The notes beneath the pieces were generated by a model. It did not search any database, was not told the origin of the DNA, and saw only the letters and a program-made list of their open reading frames with translations. Of a DNA stretch of 64,000 nt, positions 10,072 to 17,996 are shown one piece after another. The DNA comes from a bacterium (lineage in GTDB: Bacteria > Hydrothermota > 32-111). Each line of letters opens with the position of its first letter. The stretch's first letter is position 1. Both the position numbers and the translations under genes were made by a program. The stretch lies in assembly GCA_050239825.1 (NCBI GenBank), contig JBFXGO010000001.1, forward strand, positions 64,001 to 128,000, written 5' to 3'.

Positions 10072-10632
10072 ATGAAAATCGGCTTAACGGCTCTTGTTCT
10101 TGCAATTGTGTTTTATGTTGTTTATCTTTTCAACAAGCTTGTAAGGCAGAAGAATTTTGTTAAAGAGGCATGGAGCGGCATCGATGTTCAACTAAAGAGG
10201 CGATATAGTCTAATACCAAATCTTGTGGAGACAGTCAGAGCATACACAAAGTATGAGGGTACTGTTCTTGAAGAGATTACAAAGATTCGGCAGAAGTGCG
10301 TAGATGCTTCAAATGTAAAGGAGCAGAGCGAAGCGGAGGTGATGCTGTCATCCGGATTCAAACAGTTCTTCGCTCTTGCCGAGGCGTATCCCGACCTTAA
10401 AGCGAACAGCCAGTTTATAAACCTGCAGAAGAATCTTATTGAAATAGAGGATGCAATACAATATGCACGAAGATATTACAATGGCACTGTGAGGGATTTT
10501 AACATACTCACAGAATCGTTTCCTTCAAATATTATTGCATTATTGTTCAATTATAAAAGCAAAGATTACTTTGAAATTACTTCCTCGACAGAAAGGGAGA
10601 ATGTTTCAGCGGATGTAAAAGCGGGTAATTGA
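10072..10632 (+). CDS. lemA: LemA family protein
   Basis: AWSGIDVQLKRRYSLIPNLVETV, AEAYPDLKAN, ARRYYN..V..FN....FPSNIIA. Confidence 0.93.
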   Translation: MKIGLTALVLAIVFYVVYLFNKLVRQKNFVKEAWSGIDVQLKRRYSLIPNLVETVRAYTKYEGTVLEEITKIRQKCVDASNVKEQSEAEVMLSSGFKQFFALAEAYPDLKANSQFINLQKNLIEIEDAIQYARRYYNGTVRDFNILTESFPSNIIALLFNYKSKDYFEITSSTERENVSADVKAGN

Positions 10633-10810
10633 GAAGGTACGTTCTTCTTCTGATATTTGCTTCAGTTTTTCTTTTCTGTCAGGATTCACAGGATAGTTTG
10701 TCATTGCAGGAAGAGAGAATTACATCCTTCCTGTCCGATGTGGTAATAAGAGAGGACGGAGTGCTTGAGGTAACCGAAACAATACGAGTTTACGAGGCGG
10801 AGGATGGTGA
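10629..10810 (+). pseudogene. DUF2207-like membrane protein with a large internal deletion
   Basis: N-terminus ERITSFLSDVVIREDGVLEVTETIRV, in the usual position after lemA, is joined out of frame to GGC GGA GGA TGG TGA (GGGW*), the typical DUF2207 C-terminus. Confidence 0.65.
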
Positions 10811-10816
10811 GATGGT

Positions 10817-11960
10817 AAGACAAAATCTTACTCAACAGTGTCACCCTGAACTATTCAGTAGTTATGACTATCGTGAAGGGTCTATCAGTTTATTGTTAAT
10901 TGATTATTGAAGATTGAGCTGGGGCTACACGCGGGTGTAGCGTCGGCTCACACACTCCGCTTCGCCGCTTTATCAAGATGGGATAGCGGAGCAAGGGGAC
11001 AACCACTTGATGGGCGTCTGCGCAGAGCGTCCTCGCCGACTTGTAGCTTTCGTGTATCAATAAGTTATTTAATTGATTGAATCTTCACAAAGCATTGGCG
11101 CGGGTGTAATGTGCGCGAACGCACATGATAGACGCTTCGGGTTGCACCAGAACTTTGTGAAAATTATTGAAAAGGCAAAATCTTAATCAAAAGCTATCCC
11201 TAGTTCAAAATCACTAGTCGCAAATCAAGAAATATGAGGGGGCTGATGAATAGCATAGCGTCGGCTCGCACACTCCGCTTCGCCGCTTAATCAAAAGCTA
11301 TCCCTAGTCCAAAATCACTAGTCGCAAATCAAGAAATATGAGGAGGCTGATGAATAGCGTAGCGTCGGCTCGCACACTCCGCTTCGCCGCTTAATCAAGA
11401 TGGGTTAGCGGAGCAAGGGGAGAACCACTTGATGGGCGTCTGCGCGGAGCGTCCTCGCCGACTTGTAGCTTTCACTTTCAATAAGTTAATTAATTGATTG
11501 TCCTCATGAGAAGCATTGAAAAGACGAGCGCTGTGGACAGGCTTCTCATTCGGAATTGTAAAGACAAAATCTTACTCAACAGTGTCACCCTGAACTATTC
11601 AGTAGTTATGACTATCGTGAAGGGTCTATCAGTTTATTGTTAATTGATTATTGAAGATTGAGCTGGGGCTACACGCGGGTGTAGCGTCGGCTCACACACT
11701 CCGCTTCGCCGCTTAATCAAGATGGGATAGCGGAGCAAGGGGAGAACCACTTGATGGGCGTCTTCGCGGAGCGTCCTCGCCGACTTGTAGCTTACGTGTA
11801 TCAATAAGTTAATTAATTGATTGTCCTCATGAGAAGCATTGAAAAGACGAGCGCTGTGGACAGGCTTCTCATTCGGAACTGTAAAGACAAGTCATTTAAT
11901 CATCTGTCCTATTGTATTTAAACTCGCAACCCGTAACTAGAAATGGAATTATCTATCAGT
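10817..11960. repeat. Mosaic palindromic repeat array I (111-bp core at 10937, 11359, 11681; partial at 11255)
   Basis: Core gtagcgtcggctc..cactccgcttcgccgc..atcaagatggg..agcggagcaagg..ccacttgatgggcgtc..gagcgtcctcgccgacttgtagc; 10817-~11080 recurs 744 bp downstream; 104-bp tandem duplication inside. Confidence 0.95.
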
Positions 11961-12060
11961 TTATTGGTTATTCGCTGTAAAGTGTCAAAATGCTCTGTTT
12001 AAGCGGAGTTCGGATGATATGTGGCATTTTACCATATTTGAAAAAAAGATACCGCCCCCC

Positions 12061-12089
12061 TTGATTTTTGTAATACAATGGTGTATAAT
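12061..12089 (+). promoter_or_regulatory. sigma70-type promoter upstream of the small basic ORF
   Basis: TTGATT-N17-TATAAT. Confidence 0.55.
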
Positions 12090-12252
12090 TAAGTTATATG
12101 AATTATGAAGGTTACGGGAAATTAGTAAAAAAAGCGAAAAAATTATACTATATAAATATATATAAACACAGACAAAAGGATATAAACTGATGTTTAGCTA
12201 TTTTGAATCATCGTTAATTGAAAAGATCACAAATCTCAAGAAAGGAGGCACT

Positions 12253-12369
12253 ATGCCAACGAAAAAAGAGTGCACATGCGGATGCAAGACAGCGAAGAAA
12301 GCTGCAACGAAAAAAGCAGCAGCAAAGAAGACTGTAAAGAAAGCAGTCAAAAAGACCGCAAAGAAGTAA
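12253..12369 (+). CDS. 38-aa Lys/Ala-rich histone H1-like small protein with CxCxC
   Basis: MPTKKECTCGCKTAKKAATKKAAAKKTVKKAVKKTAKK*; strong RBS AAAGGAGG; own promoter and downstream hairpin; below ORF-track cutoff. Confidence 0.8.
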   Translation: MPTKKECTCGCKTAKKAATKKAAAKKTVKKAVKKTAKK

Positions 12370-12381
12370 GCAGATTCTTTT

Positions 12382-12412
12382 ATAGTCGGGGCTTTGAAAA
12401 GCCCCGCACTAT
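12382..12412 (+). terminator. Terminator-like hairpin after the small ORF
   Basis: ATAGT-CGGGGCTT...AAGCCCCG-C-ACTAT inverted repeat. Confidence 0.55.
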
Positions 12413-12477
12413 TCCCCAAAAAACAAAATATAAAAAAGACAGGTTGATTGAATTTACTTTTGTGATATAATCTCTGA

Positions 12478-15400
12478 ATGCTGAATTTGGTGCCTGAATT
12501 TATATTAAACAAACTAAATAAAAATGAGATGAGCGGTATTGCGGAGGGTTCTGCTTTATTTGTTGATATAAAAGGATTCACGCACATGACGGAAACTCTG
12601 ATGAAGGAAAATGACAAGGGAAGCGAAATCCTGTCTGAAATAATAAATGAAATATTCCACTCACTCATTTCTCCAATACACAAATATAACGGTTTCATAG
12701 CCACATTCGCCGGAGATGCATTCACCGCTATTTTCCCGGATGATACAGGGATAAACTCCGCCGGAGCTTCAATAGATATAGTTAGAGAGATTGAAAAGAA
12801 CAGAATCAAGAAGACAGTTTTGGGGGATTTCGAGATAGCTGTAAGAATCGGCGTTTCGGCTGGAGTCATAGAATGGGCAATCGTAGGAGATGATAGTAAT
12901 CTTTCATACTATTTCAAAGGGCAGACGATAGATGATGCCGCTGAGGCAGAGGCAGAGTCTCTTCCGAATGAAATCAACCTGCATGAGTCGGTTTTAAAAA
13001 ATCTGCCGGCAGATTTTTTCCAAGAAAAAGAAAATAAATATTTTCTTTTAAAGAGCAGTAAGATAAAGAAACCTTCCTTGAAGACAGAGATAATAGAGAA
13101 TGACCATTTAACCGGAAAATTTTTCAACATCAAGCTGATGCCCGAGAAGTTTACCGGAGAGTTCCGCGACGCTTCATCTCTCTTCGTTTCATTCAGGAAT
13201 TATGACGCATTTGAAAAAATAAACTCTCTTATGAAGATGATAATAAATTATACAAGAGAATATAAAGGCTACTTCAACATGATTGATTTCGGAGATAAGG
13301 GAGCGAAGGTTGTGATACTTTTCGGAGCTCCCGTATCATTCGAAAAAAACCTTGAGAGGTCTATTGAATGCGCAAAAGCGATTGTCTCTCTCGACGAAAA
13401 GAATATAAGAGCCGCTTTAACTTACGGTAGAGTATATGCCGGCTATATCGGCTCAAGAGAAAGATGTACATACACGATACTTGGCGATAAAGTAAACATG
13501 TCTGCAAGAATTATGAGCAGTTCGCCGTACGGCGCTCTCTGGACAGAGAAACATGTGGCAGAGGAAATGAAGTGGAAGTATGTTTTTTCTGAAATAGGAG
13601 AGATTCTCTTCAAAGGGAAATCAAGAAAAGAGATGGTGTATGAGATAAAGTCAAAAAAGAATCTGAGCAGGGAGGAGACGCTTTTTGAAAATGAAATTGT
13701 TGGAAGAGAACGAGAGGTCGGCAGAATCCAGCAAATCGTGGATGAAAAACTAATGAACGGAAAATTTGGAGGAGTTGTAAACATCTATGGCGATCCGGGA
13801 GTCGGAAAATCTCGTCTGATGTTTGAAATAATGCAGAAGAATTCCGAGGTATGCACCATTGCTCTTCTCAAAAATGACGACATTTACAATAAAAGTTTTT
13901 TACCATTTGAGATATTTCTAAAGAAGCTTTTTGGTCAGATAAACAATGAGAGCGAAAAGCAGAGGAAAGATGAGTTTGAAAATTCATGGAAGCGGGTGAT
14001 TTCTGCTTCGCCCGAATGTGAAAACAAATGGACGGATGAAGAAATCAGCCACACCAAGGATATGCTGAAAGGGTTTTTGAAAATAGCGGAAAAAGATTCA
14101 CAATGGGAATCAATGGATTCCAAGCTGAAATTTGAAAATGCTGTTTTTGCCATCAAACATCTGCTTAAGATAATCTCATTGGAAAAACCTCTTATTATCT
14201 GCGTAGAAGATATCCAGTGGCAGGATAAGGAATCAAATGAGGTGTTTAAAGTTCTTGCAAGAAAGATAGAGGATTATCCGATTCTTGTAGTTACTACCTC
14301 ACGATATTCGGATGACGGCTCAAAAATTACACTGCCTGTCGAAGCGGAGTGTCCTGTGAATGAAATTACAGTTGGCCTATTTGACCTTGAGCAGAGCAGG
14401 GATTATATTTCAAAACAGCTTATATTTTCGCCATCCGAAAATCTGATAGAGAAAATTTTTCAAAAGACAGAAGGCAATCCTTTCTACATAGAACAGATAT
14501 CTTTGTATCTTATCGAGAATGAAATCCTTGAAATAAAGAATGATGAGTATTGCCTGAAAAAGGATATTGAAGATATTCCGCAAGGGATAAATGCAATAAT
14601 CATTGCGAGAATTGACAGGCTAACGAGAGAACTGAAGGAGATGGTGCAGAGCGCCGCAGTGTTGGGCAGAGAGTTTGAAATAGATGTTCTTTCGAAAATG
14701 CTTTCGGGAAGGATGGATGAAAAATCCCTTTCTGAAGGCGTCGATGAGAAAATATGGCAACCCCTAAATCAGTTGAAATATATATTCAAGCACAACATGA
14801 TGAGAGATGCGGCATACAATATGCAGTTGAAAAACAAACTGAAAGAGCTTCATCTTGTAGCGGCGAATGCTCTTGAAAGAATCCACGGAAAGGAGATGGA
14901 AAAATATGCGGATATGGCTTATCACTATGAAAAAGGCGAAGTTTTCGACAAAGCCAAATACTATTATAAAGAAACAGGAATTGAATCCAAAAATAATTTT
15001 AGAAACTATGATGCGGAAAAATATCTTCTGGCGGCATTGAAATACTCTGATGACAGGAATGAATATTTTGATCTGAACCTTGCTCTGGGGGAGGTATACT
15101 ACCAAATGGGGGAATGGGAAAAAACGAAAATTATTTACGAGAATCTTGTTTCCGGCATGAAAGAAGCGGACGATGATATCAGGAAAGCCAGAACATTTCT
15201 TGCCTATGGAGAACTTTTGTTTGAAAGAGGCGAAATAGAGATGTCCAAAGAATCTTTTAAAAAGGCGGAAGTGATTTTCCAGACCGCTCAAAACAGAGAG
15301 GGCATGACAATGGTGCTGATGGGAAGAGCTCAGACATGTTGGAGAGCGGGCGATCTTGACATCAGCAGGGAGCTGTATCAAAAGGCGCTTGATATGGCTG

Positions 15401-16527
15401 AAGAGCTCAATAACAGCAAGTTGATAGCTGAAATACTTTTAACCATGGGCAACATCAACAAAGACAAGTGTGAATTTAATGAGGCGATGGAGTACTACGA
15501 AAAGTCAAAGAAGCTTTGCACGGAGAATAATCATAAAACAGGTCTCTGCGGAGTAATAGGCAACATGGGGTTGATAGAATGGATGAAGGGAAATTATGAA
15601 AAGGCTATGGATTATTTCAATGAAGAGATGGAGGTGGCAAAAACCATAGGTAGTAAATTCGTGCTTAGTTACATATACGGAAATATGGGTTCGGTCTATT
15701 TTCACATGAACCTCTTTGACAAGGCGGAAGAGCACTATCTAAAACAGATTGCAATTGCCGAGGAGCTGGGTGAGAAAAAAAATATCAGGATTGCGCTCAA
15801 CAATCTCGGCGGAGTATGCGAAATGAGAGGAGATTATGAAAAAGAGCTCGATTATTTCCAGAAGAGCCTGAAGATAGCGGAGGAGCTGAATGCGAAAATG
15901 GGAATAAGGATAGTGTTGAGCAATATAGGAAATGTGTATGGAAAGTGGGGTCAGCATGATAAATCTCTGGATTATTTCACAAGAAGCCTGAAGATCGCTG
16001 AGGAGCTGGGCGATAAAAGAGGAATTTCCATTTTGAAAATGAATCTTGCATGTTCATACAATCTTCTTGGAGATATTGAAAGGGCGGAAGAGAATATTGA
16101 TGAAGCATTGAAGATAATGATTGAATACAATCTAAATCCTAATATGGCAAAAGCGCTTTTAGAAAAATCGAAAATACTCTTTAAAAAAGAAAAGTATGAT
16201 GAAGCTTTAGTTAAAATTGAAGAGGGGTTAAAAGCTCTGGAAAAAGGTGAAGTGCTCCTATCGGAGAGTGAAAGAATAGGGCTCATTATTCTGAAGTGTC
16301 TCATGATTTCTAAAAGAAACAAGGAAGAGGGGAAAGAAAAACTTTTAGAATTGCTCAATGACGCCAAAGAAAAATCGGATATAGGCGATGTGTATAATGC
16401 ATTGCTTGAAATATCAGGAGACGATTCATACAGGATTAAGGCGATTGAATCTTATGAGCAGTACTACTCATCCCATCCGGTAAAAGAAATAGAAGACAAA
16501 ATAAAATCTCTCAGGAGAGAAAAATGA
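12478..16527 (+). CDS. Tandem class III nucleotidyl cyclase - STAND/AAA ATPase - TPR protein (sAC-like architecture)
   Basis: FVDIKGFT and FAGDA (C1); DKG, YTILGDKVNMSAR (C2); IVGRERE, GDPGVGKS, ICVEDIQW, GNPFYIEQ; long run of TPRs. Confidence 0.9.
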   Translation: MLNLVPEFILNKLNKNEMSGIAEGSALFVDIKGFTHMTETLMKENDKGSEILSEIINEIFHSLISPIHKYNGFIATFAGDAFTAIFPDDTGINSAGASIDIVREIEKNRIKKTVLGDFEIAVRIGVSAGVIEWAIVGDDSNLSYYFKGQTIDDAAEAEAESLPNEINLHESVLKNLPADFFQEKENKYFLLKSSKIKKPSLKTEIIENDHLTGKFFNIKLMPEKFTGEFRDASSLFVSFRNYDAFEKINSLMKMIINYTREYKGYFNMIDFGDKGAKVVILFGAPVSFEKNLERSIECAKAIVSLDEKNIRAALTYGRVYAGYIGSRERCTYTILGDKVNMSARIMSSSPYGALWTEKHVAEEMKWKYVFSEIGEILFKGKSRKEMVYEIKSKKNLSREETLFENEIVGREREVGRIQQIVDEKLMNGKFGGVVNIYGDPGVGKSRLMFEIMQKNSEVCTIALLKNDDIYNKSFLPFEIFLKKLFGQINNESEKQRKDEFENSWKRVISASPECENKWTDEEISHTKDMLKGFLKIAEKDSQWESMDSKLKFENAVFAIKHLLKIISLEKPLIICVEDIQWQDKESNEVFKVLARKIEDYPILVVTTSRYSDDGSKITLPVEAECPVNEITVGLFDLEQSRDYISKQLIFSPSENLIEKIFQKTEGNPFYIEQISLYLIENEILEIKNDEYCLKKDIEDIPQGINAIIIARIDRLTRELKEMVQSAAVLGREFEIDVLSKMLSGRMDEKSLSEGVDEKIWQPLNQLKYIFKHNMMRDAAYNMQLKNKLKELHLVAANALERIHGKEMEKYADMAYHYEKGEVFDKAKYYYKETGIESKNNFRNYDAEKYLLAALKYSDDRNEYFDLNLALGEVYYQMGEWEKTKIIYENLVSGMKEADDDIRKARTFLAYGELLFERGEIEMSKESFKKAEVIFQTAQNREGMTMVLMGRAQTCWRAGDLDISRELYQKALDMAEELNNSKLIAEILLTMGNINKDKCEFNEAMEYYEKSKKLCTENNHKTGLCGVIGNMGLIEWMKGNYEKAMDYFNEEMEVAKTIGSKFVLSYIYGNMGSVYFHMNLFDKAEEHYLKQIAIAEELGEKKNIRIALNNLGGVCEMRGDYEKELDYFQKSLKIAEELNAKMGIRIVLSNIGNVYGKWGQHDKSLDYFTRSLKIAEELGDKRGISILKMNLACSYNLLGDIERAEENIDEALKIMIEYNLNPNMAKALLEKSKILFKKEKYDEALVKIEEGLKALEKGEVLLSESERIGLIILKCLMISKRNKEEGKEKLLELLNDAKEKSDIGDVYNALLEISGDDSYRIKAIESYEQYYSSHPVKEIEDKIKSLRREK

Positions 16528-17039
16528 ACAGAGAGCAGAATTTCCTTCTTACGAGAAGAAGCACGAGAAAGTATTCTGACAAAGAGATTGAAAAAAAAAA
16601 GATTGAAGTTATTTTGAAAGCTGGAATGTATGCTCCGTCAGCCCACAACACTCAGCCGTGGCATTTCATTGTCATCAGAAATAAAAATCTTATGTGCGAA
16701 ATATCCAAAGTGCACAGATATGCCGGCATGACAAAGAATGCATCAGCGGTGATACTTGTATGTGCTGACACTGCAAGGCAGGATGACCCCGGATACTTTT
16801 CGCAGGACTGTTCGGCGGCGACAGAGAATATACTCCTTTCTGCACACATTGAGGGCATAGGGGCATGCTGGATTGGCATTTACCCGGTAAAGGAAAGGAT
16901 GGAGAAGATTTCCGCACTTCTAAAACTCAAAAAAAATCTCGCTCCTTTCTCACTGATTGCGCTGGGTTATCCGGGAGAAACAATCGCAGGCAAAGACCCC
17001 GAAAGGTATGATAAGAAAAAGATAGAATTCGTAGATTGA
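16524..17039 (+). CDS. Nitroreductase family protein
   Basis: RRSTRKY, APSAHNTQPWHFIVI, DCSAATENILLSA..GIGACWIG, IALGYP. Confidence 0.93.
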   Translation: MNREQNFLLTRRSTRKYSDKEIEKKKIEVILKAGMYAPSAHNTQPWHFIVIRNKNLMCEISKVHRYAGMTKNASAVILVCADTARQDDPGYFSQDCSAATENILLSAHIEGIGACWIGIYPVKERMEKISALLKLKKNLAPFSLIALGYPGETIAGKDPERYDKKKIEFVD

Positions 17040-17080
17040 AATAAAATCGGGGCGACCTGTTTTACTATCAAGCAAAAAAC

Positions 17081-17899
17081 TTAAAGAAGAAACATGCTGA
17101 ATATTATTATCACAAGGGAAATATACTAATGAGGACTCAGACGCTCTTTGAACATGAAGACGGATACTGTAGCAGTGACAGAAGGGCTTGAACAGAATAT
17201 CGGAGATGCCAGTGATATGGGAATTTTAACTGCCGAATAATAAAAAAGCATAAGACCCGAGGATACAAGAACGGCAAATCCAACTGCACGACTTCCGCAT
17301 TCTTTTCTCTTCTTACTGCTATTATAAATAAGGAGTCAAAAGAGAAAAAGAAAGAATTGAGTTAAAGAAAGAGAGTTCGTTAGGTTTGACTTCTAACAGC
17401 ATGACTTTCGATAGAAATGCCCAGATTCCCAAGAGTAGAGTAGCGGCAAGAGTCAGAGCGAGCCACAGATACCTCTTTTTTTTCTCCTCCGCGGACCTAT
17501 TGCCATCAAATGAAATTCCTATGCTTTCTGAAATTATAAGAAGCACTGCGATTCCCTGAACCACTGAAATCTTTTCTTTCAGAACAATTATTCCCAAAAC
17601 AACACAGAAAATTGATGATGCAGAGAGTATCGCCGTAAGTATGGATACATCTCCATGAAGAAACGCAATTATGCAGAGCAGATAGGCGAGAATTGAAACA
17701 ACCTGAACGGCAGAAAGTTTCAAAAGAAGATATTTATCCGGAAATTCGCCCCTCATGACATAAAAAAAGAGTCCATTGAGAATCAGTTGAATGATTCCGG
17801 AGATAACCATTAGACGCCCGGTTTTAGGCGCATCACTGCGTATTTTGAAAAGGCATCTGCAATACCTATAAACAATGCGGCAAGTAAGGCAAAAATCAT
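17081..17899 (-). pseudogene. EamA/DMT transporter pseudogene
   Basis: MIFALLAALFIGIADAFSK start; frameshift near 17820; KEKIS..Q motif; second frameshift near 17325; then ...LASPIF...FKERLSPH*YISLVII with an in-frame TAG. Confidence 0.75.
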
Positions 17900-17996
17900 T
17901 ACTTCAGTATCTTGATAAAAATCAAATTGTAAAGATGTGCATATTGACAACCGATGTCTAATCATTATTATTTTAGATAATAAAAAAGAGGAGATT

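Noticed and set aside
10817..11960. CRISPR array or integron cassette array interpretation of the repeats
   Set aside because: The repeat is 111 bp, intervening segments are ~200 bp and themselves repeated, no cas or integrase gene is present, and I saw no attC-type ends or cassette ORFs
12022..12040. Sigma-54 promoter (TGGCA...) downstream of the NtrC-type regulator
   Set aside because: No TTGC at the -12 position; the TGGCAC heptamers in array II also lack it
12198..12869. 223-aa minus-strand ORF and 66-aa ORF at 12270
   Set aside because: Shadows of the cyclase gene and of the 38-aa basic ORF, which has the SD, promoter and hairpin
17081..17330. Stop-codon recoding (TAG readthrough) in the EamA gene
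   Set aside because: The same gene has two frameshifts, and TAG serves as a normal stop elsewhere (e.g. 3820, 56446)
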